From Candidatus Hodarchaeota archaeon (GTDB lineage Archaea; Asgardarchaeota; Lokiarchaeia; Sigyniarchaeales; SOKP01): 64,000 nucleotides of DNA. Both the position numbers and the translations under genes were made by a program. The stretch lies in the NCBI GenBank assembly GCA_048887225.1, contig JBHLJY010000011.1:1-64000 (forward strand), written 5' to 3'. Shown here piece by piece: positions 1 to 10,060 of this stretch. The notes under the pieces are model-generated. The model saw only the letters and a program-made list of their open reading frames with translations, made no database searches and had not been told where the DNA came from. Positions within the stretch are counted from its first letter, which is position 1. Each line of letters begins with the position of its first letter.

Positions 1-395
<395 letters not shown>

Positions 396-623
396 AATAA
401 TTATTGTTTTAACTTGTCGCAGAAACTATACTAATGACTTATTTAGGAATTTTTTCTTTTTCTGGGATTCTTAATTAAACTTACTTCAGTTATAATTGAT
501 TAGATTATAACTACATTTTTTATATCGCATCAATGATAATACTCTTCATTTAACGGAATTTGCCGTAATCCGAGCTTACGCCGGAAAAGATGCGAATACC
601 GTATTATAATATGTTCTTTCTAC

Positions 624-638
624 ATTATAAATTTTTTT
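624..638 (-). promoter_or_regulatory. Putative BRE/TATA promoter of the 16S rRNA transcript
   Basis: Minus strand AAAAAAATTTATAAT about 230 nt upstream of the mature 16S 5' end; AT-rich background limits specificity. Confidence 0.45.
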
Positions 639-1193
639 GTTTTTTTCGAAGAATAAAGTTAAGCTATTAAAATTTAGGAGTTTAAAGAAATGTAGTTGAA
701 GAGTTTTAATAATTAATTATTTACTTTTTCATACATATTTTTAGATAATCTTCTTATGTAGCCTTCTAAATGAAATTGCTTTAACATATTTCTTGCTCTA
801 CGCACATCAGCCGCATCAATTTCTAAAGCACTCATTAATTGAAATATTGAAAATTGTTTTGGCAATTTATCTTTTATATTATTATAGAGCCCCAGATCTA
901 TCCACTCTAATCATTTTAAGTACTCGAATGTTATTTAAAAATGAAAATATGCTTTTATACATTATTAAAATATTAAAATATCAAACTAGAAAAGTAGGTT
1001 ATTCTAATCCTCAAAGTAACTATAAGTTTTCATCCCTACTTATTGTAGGTCATCCTTGTCCAGTTTTTCCCTTTCATCGGAGTTTTAGAAACCTTTCTAA
1101 CTGAAAGAAGTTATTCTTTTGTAAATATACATAATAAATAACTTTTAATCCTTTTTTAAGATATTTTCGAATATAGGCTTAGATTAAGAGATT

Positions 1194-2807
1194 TTAAGTG
1201 TTTTTAGATTTCATTATAAGGTTTAGTCCCTTCACTAAGGCTAAAACAGAGCTCATTACAATATCTTCGTGGGCAGCACTAGTCTTAACTATATAATTAC
1301 TTTCTATATCCATTAATTCTATTGTGACGTAACCTAAAGCTTCTGTTCCACCTGTAACAGCATCAATATTGTAATTCAAAAGCTTAATTTTACTCATTGG
1401 TTCAAAGCATTTAACAATTGCTTTAACTGATGCGTCTACTGGTCCTACTCCTATTGATGATGCTATTTTTTCGATAAAAGTTCCATCAGTGCGAATTTTT
1501 AAACGAACTGTTGATGTAGGCGTAATAGAACCTGTTAACACGCTTAATTCTTCAAGTTTAACATATTGCTCCTCCTTAGGGATCTCGCCCATAACATCCT
1601 TTACTATTGCTAAAAAATCTTCCTCTGTTACTTCATGACCTTTATCACCTAAATTTTTGACGTGTTTAATGATTTTTTCAAATTGTTCGTCTGTCGTTGA
1701 TATTCCCATATCTATTAATTTTGCTTTTAATGCATGTCCTCCTGTATGTTTCCCAAGTTTAATAGATTGCCGCAAAATATCTTCAACATTATCAGATCGT
1801 TTAATGCCTATTAATTCTGGAGTAATTGGTTCGTAAGCACGAGCATTTTTAATCATTGCATGCGCGTGAATACCCGATTCATGAGCAAAGGCGTTTTGCC
1901 CTATTAATGGTTGTAGCCGTCCAACCTTTATCTTACCGCCGCAATAACTTTCGACTAATTTAGCGGTTGGAAAAATTTTTCTTGTATTAATATTCATCGG
2001 GATTTGATATAATGCGTAAAGAGACATGGCAGTTTCTTCAAAAGAAGCGTTTCCAGCCCGCTCACCTAAACCAATTATAGTAGTTTGAGCTTCTGAGGCA
2101 CCATTTTCAAAACCAGCAATGGTATTTGCCACAGCTAAACCAAAATCATTATGGCAATGTACAGCAATACGCACATTATTAGGTAAAATATCAGAAATTT
2201 TTCGAATAACATAACCAAAAGCTTTTGGAGTAATAGTTCCAACAGTATCGGGGATATTTATTCGAGTAGCTCCGTTTTCAACTGCTGTTTGATTCGCTTT
2301 AATTAAAAAATTTAAATCAGACCGAGTAGCATCTTCGGCTGAAAATAAGATAGTAGAATAATGTTCTTTAGCATACGTAACCATCTTTGAGATTTGATCC
2401 AAAACTTCATCTCGAGTCATTTTAAGTTTTGTTTTCATGTGAAGATCTGACGTTGCGATAAATACATGTATACTATCCATATCAGCTTCAATTACTTTGT
2501 CTATATCTATTTCATTCATCCTAGCAAGGCCAATTACCTCCATATTTAAACCCAATTTGGCGATATCGCGGCAAGCTTCGAAATCTCCTTGAGACACAAC
2601 AGGAAAGCCTGCTTCAATAATATCAATACCTAGCTCATCTAAAGCCTGTGCGATAGATAGCTTTTCTTCATGGGTAAAACTAATACCTGGTGTTTGTTCT
2701 CCGTCACGCAGAGTTGTATCAAAAAAATACGCTTTTTTTGGTAATTTTATCGATCCTCGAATTTTATCCATCATCTCTGAAACATATATTTTATTTTTTT
2801 CAACCAT
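1194..2807 (-). CDS. leuA: 2-isopropylmalate synthase / citramalate synthase family (LeuA/CimA)
   Basis: DTTLRDGEQ, HCHNDFGLA, GLGERAGNA, AFAHESGIH motifs; C-terminal regulatory domain (GVGPVDA). Confidence 0.88.
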   Translation of the reverse strand: MVEKNKIYVSEMMDKIRGSIKLPKKAYFFDTTLRDGEQTPGISFTHEEKLSIAQALDELGIDIIEAGFPVVSQGDFEACRDIAKLGLNMEVIGLARMNEIDIDKVIEADMDSIHVFIATSDLHMKTKLKMTRDEVLDQISKMVTYAKEHYSTILFSAEDATRSDLNFLIKANQTAVENGATRINIPDTVGTITPKAFGYVIRKISDILPNNVRIAVHCHNDFGLAVANTIAGFENGASEAQTTIIGLGERAGNASFEETAMSLYALYQIPMNINTRKIFPTAKLVESYCGGKIKVGRLQPLIGQNAFAHESGIHAHAMIKNARAYEPITPELIGIKRSDNVEDILRQSIKLGKHTGGHALKAKLIDMGISTTDEQFEKIIKHVKNLGDKGHEVTEEDFLAIVKDVMGEIPKEEQYVKLEELSVLTGSITPTSTVRLKIRTDGTFIEKIASSIGVGPVDASVKAIVKCFEPMSKIKLLNYNIDAVTGGTEALGYVTIELMDIESNYIVKTSAAHEDIVMSSVLALVKGLNLIMKSKNT

Positions 2808-3138
2808 CCTTATTTGACCTATTTTATTTTATTAAGAAATTAACGCCTTCCTTGTTTATAAGAATCCAATGGTTTAGATCCTTATAGAATAGTAGAAGGC
2901 TTAATGTAACAATAAAAGAAGATCTAATAATCTATAGGGAGAATTTTGACTTATAAGGTTTTTAACTTTAAAATTGAAGTTTTTTTGAAACCTTTTCATT
3001 TGAAAAATTCCCTAAAGAATTATTAATTATAAAAAAAAATACATCCTAATATTAAAAATTTCTCATTTTCTTGTTAAATTTCAATTTACATTTTATTTTA
3101 CTTATTTAAATATAACTATGAAAAAAGAGTGGGACTTT

Positions 3139-3828
3139 CTATAGTTCAGGGAGTTCTTTTGAGACTTTTAAAAAATTATCTCCAACTGGAGCCTTTCCGT
3201 TTCCATATATTTGGTATAAACCTGTTCTTCTTGCGCATTCTGAAAAACTACGATATACATCTTTTCGTAAATCGTATAATGCACAAGTTTTATATATGAT
3301 TGGATTCCAAATATATAATTTATTATCAGGTTCGAGCCAAAGCTTTTCATCTTTTAAAATCTGTTTAAAATCTTCCTCCCCTATTACTTCTGTTAAATCT
3401 TGTTTATTTAACATAAGAACGAGGGGGATTTCTTTAATTAATTTATCTCCCGTTATACTTTTTAATTCTTTTAATGCTTCAATGTTATCTTCAAAAAAAT
3501 GAGTCTGTGAATCAACCACAAAAATAACACCATCTGTTCCCTTAAATATTTTTTTTCTTAAAGGTGAAAACCTACTTTGACCAGCAACAGTATATACGTG
3601 ATAAAAAACTTTTGGTTGTTTTGTAGATTGAAATATACCCCTATCAAAATATAAAGTTGAACCGCTAGCCATTGCTATTTTTGTTAAATTTCCTGTAGGT
3701 TCTATATCTTTTTCTTGCTCTTTTGATAGTCTATAAAGTGTATCTACTACTGTAGTTTTTCCAGAACCAGCCATCCCCCAATAGAGAATTTTTATATACA
3801 CTTTATGATCGGCTGTAAATCGAACCAT
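3139..3828 (-). CDS. MglA-like small GTPase
   Basis: G1 GMAGSGKTT, switch TLYFD, MglA-type G3 YTVAGQ, G4 NKQD. Confidence 0.85.
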   Translation of the reverse strand: MVRFTADHKVYIKILYWGMAGSGKTTVVDTLYRLSKEQEKDIEPTGNLTKIAMASGSTLYFDRGIFQSTKQPKVFYHVYTVAGQSRFSPLRKKIFKGTDGVIFVVDSQTHFFEDNIEALKELKSITGDKLIKEIPLVLMLNKQDLTEVIGEEDFKQILKDEKLWLEPDNKLYIWNPIIYKTCALYDLRKDVYRSFSECARRTGLYQIYGNGKAPVGDNFLKVSKELPEL

Positions 3829-4157
3829 TAAAAAATCTACCTTAGACTTTAATTTATTAGGGAAATACTTTTGTTTCTTTCAATTATATTCTTAAAAATT
3901 GTAGACTCTTTAGAAAAATCCTTTAATTTTATTTATATTATATTTTAATTAAGTATTTATATTATTCTTTTTTGATATTTTAACTTTTTGTTTAACTAAT
4001 AATTAGAAGATCTAATGAAATCTCATTTAAACTATAAAAAATTTCTCCGGTTATAATTTTATATTTGGTCTAAATTCTTATTAAAACTTAATAACGAATG
4101 TAAATAAATCCATAAGATTAAATTTATAGTTATTCAAAGATATTAAAATATATCAAA

Positions 4158-4262
4158 GCTTCTGTAGTGTAGTCCGGTCAATCTTTTCTTTGAGATAAGA
4201 AAAAGGATCATGCATGCGAGGCTCTCACCCTCGCGACCCGGGTTCAAATCCCGGCAGAAGCA
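4158..4262 (+). tRNA. tRNA-Glu(CTC) with 30-nt non-canonical intron (4182-4211) in the D arm
   Basis: Acceptor GCTTCTG/CAGAAGC, anticodon arm CGAGG-CTCTCAC-CCTCG, T arm CCGGG-TTCAAAT-CCCGG; intron removal gives a normal D arm. Confidence 0.93.
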
Positions 4263-4657
4263 TTATCATCTATTATTTTATTTAATAAATTGTAAGTTTT
4301 TGTTAAAATGTTCATGTATCGTTCAATCAAATCTATATGCGTCTCATCTTTTAATCTTTGAGAAATCCAATTAATCTTTTCTTCAAGGATCTCTTTTAAA
4401 GAATTAATTTTAAGAATAGATTTTTGATTATTTTTTATAAGCTCTTTATCTTCAACAGATCCATTTTTTATCATATTACTCTGAATTGTGTCATTTTTTT
4501 TAATTACAACTCTTTTATTACAAATAGGACAGAAGATTTCTTTATTTCTATTTCGGAAAAGAGGATTGTTACATACTGGACATGATAAATTTAACATTGT
4601 ATGACCAGATCTCAGAAGATCTGCCATTTTTTCAGCATCTTCTTTCATAATAATCAT
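4244..4657 (-). CDS. UPF0148 / Sjogren-scleroderma autoantigen 1 family zinc-ribbon protein
   Basis: MADLLRSGHTML..CPVCNNPLF...FCPIC pattern. Confidence 0.8.
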   Translation of the reverse strand: MIIMKEDAEKMADLLRSGHTMLNLSCPVCNNPLFRNRNKEIFCPICNKRVVIKKNDTIQSNMIKNGSVEDKELIKNNQKSILKINSLKEILEEKINWISQRLKDETHIDLIERYMNILTKTYNLLNKIIDDNASAGI

Positions 4658-4719
4658 TAAGTGCTATAATTAATTCCAAAAATATTTTTATAAAATTAAC
4701 AAAACTACTTTTTAGCTGG

Positions 4720-4914
4720 TCACTCTCTATTTCTTATTTTGAGCAAATTAACAATATATCCTGAAATTCTGTTTCTTAAATGCTTTGAATCGATTTCAAG
4801 ATATTTATCTAACAATTTCTTATTTTTTTCAAAATCTGTAGTAAATACATTTGGGTACTTAGTTATTAATTCTTTTGAGACATTTTTAATTAAGACAGTA
4901 CGTACTTTTCCCAT
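4720..4914 (-). CDS. rps17e: 30S ribosomal protein S17e
   Basis: MGKVRT..IK, FTTDFEKNK, SKHLRNRISGY. Confidence 0.96.
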   Translation of the reverse strand: MGKVRTVLIKNVSKELITKYPNVFTTDFEKNKKLLDKYLEIDSKHLRNRISGYIVNLLKIRNRE

Positions 4915-5075
4915 TTTTGTTTCTTAAATTCATATGTTTTATAATTAACTTGATTCTTTTTTTGAAATATAATAATCAATAAAATAAATTCTTTTGTAAA
5001 AGTTTGAGATTTTGACTGATTTATCCCTAAATTTTAATAGTTAAAAGAAGATAATTTTAAATGAATAGATAAAAA

Positions 5076-5516
5076 GTGAGTGTAATGCCGAATATTTTAG
5101 ATTATTCAATAATAGGACTACAAGATTTTAGTATTAGTTTCGAGAGTTATTGCCGTCCATGTGAGATGCAAAGACATTGTAAATATGGAAGAGATACCCC
5201 ATTTACAGTGATAATTAATTGTAATGATCTCAATCAAGCCAAGGAAAAAGTAAAATTTGAACAGCTTCAGAGGCTCCAAAAAACGGAGGATGTTTCTGTT
5301 TCTTATGAAGAGCTCTTAAAAAAAGTAAAAATAAACATACAAGGAATATTTTCTACAATATGGAAAGACAAAATAAAAGATCAGAAAGAAGAAATTAGAT
5401 GTTTAGATCCTCGAAAAGTTGATTCAATGTTGGTAGCACAACAGGGACAAGATTGGTGGAGTAATTTTAATTCCACGATGAAGGTTATTAATTCTGAATG
5501 TGAAAAAATTCTCTAA
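5076..5516 (+). CDS. Hypothetical protein with Cys cluster (CxxCx4C)
   Basis: 146-aa ORF filling the intergenic gap; no family recognised; start may be ATG at 5085. Confidence 0.7.
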   Translation: MSVMPNILDYSIIGLQDFSISFESYCRPCEMQRHCKYGRDTPFTVIINCNDLNQAKEKVKFEQLQRLQKTEDVSVSYEELLKKVKINIQGIFSTIWKDKIKDQKEEIRCLDPRKVDSMLVAQQGQDWWSNFNSTMKVINSECEKIL

Positions 5517-5588
5517 TTTATAGAAATAAAAATGTTAATTATTTGATAATATGACGTCGTAAATTCCCACAAAATTCCCTCAATTTAT

Positions 5589-5603
5589 CGAAACATTTAT
5601 ATA
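5589..5603 (+). promoter_or_regulatory. Putative BRE-TATA upstream of tfb
   Basis: CGAAACA-TTTATATA about 155 nt upstream of the tfb start. Confidence 0.45.
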
Positions 5604-5757
5604 TTTAAACTTTATATTATAATTTGCCAGTTTATGCTACGGTTTCAGTCACCCGATATTATTAATTTTTAATTCAGAGTTCGCTTGGGTTAAACTCAAT
5701 GGTATTGTCTTGATATAAGAATGAATTTTTATTTGAATATAAAAGAAGGTTAATATA

Positions 5758-6645
5758 ATGGAAACAAAATCAGAATTAAGTAGTTTATCAAATTTTTGTC
5801 CCGAATGTGAGGGTAAGATTATTTCACTTCAAGAGAGGGGGGAGATTGTTTGTGGTCAGTGTGGCTTAGTGATAAGTGAGAGAGGTTTAGATATTCATCA
5901 TAGTGGTAAAAGAGCATTCACTAAACAAGAAAAAGAAAAGAGAGAAAGGACAGGATCCCCAATTTCAATTTTATTACCAGACATGGGATTAAGTACAGTT
6001 ATAGATAAAAACAATATTAAAAATCCAGACTTAAAAAGAGCAGCTAAATGGAATTCTCGAATGACTTGGGAGAAAAGAAATATGTTAATCGCAACTACAG
6101 AATTAAAAAGAATTGGTAGTAATTTAAACTTACCAGATCATATAAAAAAGTCAGCAATACGCCTTTATAAAGGAGCTTTTAAGAAAAAATTGCTCAGGGG
6201 CAGATCAATTAATGGAATGGTGGCTGCGTGTTTATACTTTGCATGTAGAGAGAAAAAAATCCCTAGAACCCTTCAGGAAATCTTGGATGAAACTTCCGTA
6301 AATGCTAAGAATGTAAGAAGGTGTTATAGAACATTAATTCGAGAATTAAATTTGAAAGTACCTTCAACAGATCCAATTTCACTTATTCCACGATTTATTG
6401 CAGATTTAAATTTAGATGCTGATATTGAAAAGACAACAATCAATATTTTAAAAACATTTATAACAAGTTTTTCGACAAGTGGTAAGGATCCCAAGGGTTT
6501 ATGTGCTGGAGCCTTATATTTAGTTTGTAAACTCCGTAACAAGAGAGTTTCTCAAAAGGAAATTGCTAATTTATTGGGAGTTACTGAAGTTACTCTTCGC
6601 TCTAGATATAAAGAATTAATAATGAGATTAAATATTAGAATTTAG
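5758..6645 (+). CDS. tfb: Transcription initiation factor IIB (TFB)
   Basis: Zn ribbon CPEC..CGQCG, RERTGSP B-reader, two cyclin repeats (LLRGRS, GKDPKG, GVTEVTLRSRYKEL). Confidence 0.95.
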   Translation: METKSELSSLSNFCPECEGKIISLQERGEIVCGQCGLVISERGLDIHHSGKRAFTKQEKEKRERTGSPISILLPDMGLSTVIDKNNIKNPDLKRAAKWNSRMTWEKRNMLIATTELKRIGSNLNLPDHIKKSAIRLYKGAFKKKLLRGRSINGMVAACLYFACREKKIPRTLQEILDETSVNAKNVRRCYRTLIRELNLKVPSTDPISLIPRFIADLNLDADIEKTTINILKTFITSFSTSGKDPKGLCAGALYLVCKLRNKRVSQKEIANLLGVTEVTLRSRYKELIMRLNIRI

Positions 6646-7247
6646 GGAATATTTTCTCCTTTTCCTTCTTTTTCTTTTTTCAATAACATTTTTATAAAAT
6701 CTGGAAGAGTCAATAAATAACCTTGAGCATTTGGAAGCATTTTATTAATTCTAATAAATAATTGTGTATAATGATCAGCTCTTTCTTTTTGTTCTAAAAC
6801 ATCCTTCCGCGTTTGTTCTCTAATAGTTTCTACAGGAATACCTTTCATAACGGCTCGAGCAGGAATTATTAATCCTGGTGGTACTTGGCTTTTATTTAAT
6901 ATAACTGCTCCTTCTCCAATAGAGCATTCTTCAAAAATTATACTTCCTTCCATTATTTGAACGTAATCTTCTAAGAATCCTCCCATCAGAGTAACGCCCG
7001 TCTCTAAGATACAGTACCTCCCTATATGAATTGGGCTTTTTTGTGAGCGAGTAAATAAATTTACGCCATCAAAAATAGTTGTATACTCCCCAATATTAAT
7101 TTGAGCTTTTTCTGCTCGAATGATTGATCCAGGCCAAATGACTACATTGTTATTAATAGTGACATCTCCTATCAAGGTCGCCAATGGTGAAACATAAGCG
7201 TTTTCGTTTATGATCGGTTCTTTCCCATTATATTCTAATAGTACCAT
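6642..7247 (-). CDS. Gamma-carbonic anhydrase-like hexapeptide repeat protein
   Basis: AYVSPLATLIGDVTI..IWPGSIIRAE left-handed beta-helix repeats; Zn-ligand His residues not evident. Confidence 0.8.
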   Translation of the reverse strand: MVLLEYNGKEPIINENAYVSPLATLIGDVTINNNVVIWPGSIIRAEKAQINIGEYTTIFDGVNLFTRSQKSPIHIGRYCILETGVTLMGGFLEDYVQIMEGSIIFEECSIGEGAVILNKSQVPPGLIIPARAVMKGIPVETIREQTRKDVLEQKERADHYTQLFIRINKMLPNAQGYLLTLPDFIKMLLKKEKEGKGENIP

Positions 7248-7386
7248 AATTTAAACATCTCTTTTTATAATTTAAACTTTAAAAATTTAATAATTAGAGA
7301 TATAATAGAATAGTATAAAAAATTTTTAAAATTAATTAGAAATAAGGTTTGTTTAAATTTTCAAATTTTAAAGTGTTAAAGAAATA

Positions 7387-7800
7387 ATGAATTTAGAAGA
7401 TTGTATCTTTTGTAAAATTGTAAAGAAAGAGATTCCATCTAAAATAGTATTCGAAAATGAAAAAAATTTAGCATTCTTAGATATATTTCCAATAAATAAG
7501 GGTCATACTGTTGTTATTCCTAAAAATCATTATAAAAATATAGAAGATATTCCTGAAGATGAACTTACTGAACTCTTTAAGGTAATCAAAAATATAGCAA
7601 TTTTAATTCATAAACAATTAAAGATTGATGGATATAATATACTTCAAAATAATTTTGAAGCGGCAGGTCAAATAATAATGCATTTTCATGTTCATATTAT
7701 TCCAAGAAATAAAACTGATGAAAAATTTAAGCTTAAAATTCCGAGAAATCAAGCCTCTGAAGAAGACCTCGATAAAATATTAAGTATTTTAAAAGTTTAA
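7387..7800 (+). CDS. HIT family hydrolase
   Basis: CIFCKIV, AFLDIFP, GHTVVIPK, HFHVHIIPR. Confidence 0.95.
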   Translation: MNLEDCIFCKIVKKEIPSKIVFENEKNLAFLDIFPINKGHTVVIPKNHYKNIEDIPEDELTELFKVIKNIAILIHKQLKIDGYNILQNNFEAAGQIIMHFHVHIIPRNKTDEKFKLKIPRNQASEEDLDKILSILKV

Positions 7801-7813
7801 TTTTTCTTTCAAC

Positions 7814-8185
7814 TTATTTTTCTTTAACAATTTTATTGTCTATAAACATAAAATCGTGCTTTTCGCCCCATTCATTAAGATGTTCAACAACAAAATTAGG
7901 ATCCAATTTTAAGTGATTAACAAAAACATCAAAAGGAATATTATCTGCTCTTTTTAAATATTCTGTAATTTTTTCGTTAATTTCAGATGAATCTGGAGGT
8001 TTTATCTTTCTTTTCCTTGCTCTTAATTTTTCTAATAGTGCATCATTTTTACTTTCATTAAAAAAAAGTTGAACGATATTGCTAATTACTTGAGCTTTAG
8101 TTGCTCCAAATACATCAATTAATTCTTCTACTAATTCCATATAACTCTTTTCTAAAGTAACATGTGTTCTTGCTGTATCTGTCAT
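7814..8185 (-). CDS. Hypothetical protein, N-terminal ribbon-helix-helix-like region
   Basis: RTHVTLEKSYMELVEELIDVFGATKAQVISNIV resembles CopG/RHH. Confidence 0.6.
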   Translation of the reverse strand: MTDTARTHVTLEKSYMELVEELIDVFGATKAQVISNIVQLFFNESKNDALLEKLRARKRKIKPPDSSEINEKITEYLKRADNIPFDVFVNHLKLDPNFVVEHLNEWGEKHDFMFIDNKIVKEK

Positions 8186-8415
8186 TTTTCAGAGAAGAAT
8201 CAATATTTTTTTTTCGTTAGAATTTTAATGTAATTAATAATTTATAAATGTTTGTGCTTTATTGTGATAATAATGCATAAATAAGCACATTTAAATATAT
8301 TCTGCCTAATTATATCATAAGGACTTATCAATTAAGTTCACAGTTTATAATGTCGAAAAATTGTCGAACGAAAATTGATTAGAACTGTCATAAAATAAAA
8401 AATGGAGGAAAAAAA

Positions 8416-8670
8416 ATGAGTGATAATGTCTTGTTAATTGATAATTATCTAACATCAAAAGAATTTTTGTCCCCTATTCAGAATAATTTGATAAAAGTTT
8501 TACAAAGATTAGGGCCAATGACGAGAAGAGATTTAGTAAGTCAATTAAATACACCTAGAACTACAATCTACGATAATTTAATTAAACTACATAAGAGAAA
8601 AGTCGTTGAAAAATTTACTAGGAACAATGGAAAAAGAGGCAGGCCTTTAGTTTTATGGAAATTAAAATAA
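8416..8670 (+). CDS. Winged helix-turn-helix regulator (TrmB-like)
   Basis: GPMTRRDLVSQLNTPRTTIYDNLIKL...GRPLVLW. Confidence 0.8.
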   Translation: MSDNVLLIDNYLTSKEFLSPIQNNLIKVLQRLGPMTRRDLVSQLNTPRTTIYDNLIKLHKRKVVEKFTRNNGKRGRPLVLWKLK

Positions 8671-8997
8671 TGTCAATAATTATTAAATGGATTTTTTTAA
8701 TTTTCTTTAATCTTTTTTAATAATATTATTATATACTCCATAATTTCGAGTGCAAATTTTTTTATAAAATAATCTTTTAACAAAATATAATATATATTAT
8801 AAAATAAACCCCATTAACAAAAAATTCCGTTATATTTAAAGTAACTTATTAATTGATTATTTATTTTAATTTTCTAATTAATATCATTTATATTTTTTAA
8901 AAATAATTTTTGCAATGGAAATTGTGGAGTATAAAATCTAAATAATAAATAAAATATATAAAAATATTAATAAAAAAAAAGTAAAAAACTGATTAAA

Positions 8998-10014
8998 ATG
9001 GTATCCTATAAAGAATTGGGTTTAGTAAATACGCGGAAAATGTTTGAGATTGCATTAGAAAGAGAATTTGCGGTGCCTGGCTATAACATTAACAATTTAG
9101 AACAACTACAGGCTATAATTATTGGTTGTGGAGAAAGTGAATCTCCTGTCATTATTCAAATATCCCAAGGAGCTAGAGCTTATGCAAACCAAACTATGTT
9201 ACGCTACTTAGGACAAGGTGGAGTAGAAATGGCGAAAGAATTAGGATATGAAATACCTATTGCATTACATTTAGATCATGGAAATTCTTTCGATTTATGT
9301 AAAGACGTTATCGATAGCGGGTTTTCTAGCGTAATGTTTGATGGAAGTCATCTACCGTATGAAGAAAATATTAAAACAACGAAAAGAGTTGTTGAATATG
9401 CACGAGAGAGAGATGTTAGTGTAGAAGCAGAATTGGGTATCCTTGCTGGAATTGAAGAACATGTCAAATCAGAAGAACATCATTATACAAACCCGGAGCA
9501 AGTGGAAGATTTTGTTTCTAGGACGGGCTTAAGAGATCTCTGGACTTTAGGATCATCATGCGCTGGATCTTTAGCGATTGCAATTGGTACTTCACATGGA
9601 GCATATAAATTTAAGGTAGAATCAGAATCAGATATTCCTGAATTGAGATTCGATATCTTGCAAGAAATAAGAAAGCGACTCGGAAAGTTTCCTATAGTTT
9701 TACATGGTTCGTCCTCTGTATTAAAAAAATATGTTGATACTATAAATCAGCATGGTGGGGCCTTAAAAAAAGCTTTTGGAATTCCTGAAGATCAATTAAG
9801 AAAAGCAACTCAATACGGAGTAAGTAAAATCAATATTGATACTGACGGAAGATTAGTAGTTACAGCTATGGTAAGAAAATATCTAGCTGAACATCCAGAT
9901 CATTTTGATCCAAGGCAGTACTTAGGTCCTGCTCGCCAAGAATTAATTGAAATGATAAAGCGAAAAAATAAAGAAGTCTTAGGTTCAGCAGGTCAAGCAA
10001 AATATATTATATAA
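8998..10014 (+). CDS. fba: Class II fructose-1,6-bisphosphate aldolase (bacterial type)
   Basis: LHLDHG, SSVMFDGS, VEAELG, IGTSHGAYK, VLHGSS, KINIDTD. Confidence 0.93.
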   Translation: MVSYKELGLVNTRKMFEIALEREFAVPGYNINNLEQLQAIIIGCGESESPVIIQISQGARAYANQTMLRYLGQGGVEMAKELGYEIPIALHLDHGNSFDLCKDVIDSGFSSVMFDGSHLPYEENIKTTKRVVEYARERDVSVEAELGILAGIEEHVKSEEHHYTNPEQVEDFVSRTGLRDLWTLGSSCAGSLAIAIGTSHGAYKFKVESESDIPELRFDILQEIRKRLGKFPIVLHGSSSVLKKYVDTINQHGGALKKAFGIPEDQLRKATQYGVSKINIDTDGRLVVTAMVRKYLAEHPDHFDPRQYLGPARQELIEMIKRKNKEVLGSAGQAKYII

Positions 10015-10060
10015 TATTATGTTTAAATTACTCGTTAATTATTTCTTCTGATTTATATAA

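Noticed and set aside
793-1104. 103-aa ORF upstream of the rRNA promoter
   Set aside because: TTG start, no motif, composition typical of AT-rich non-coding DNA
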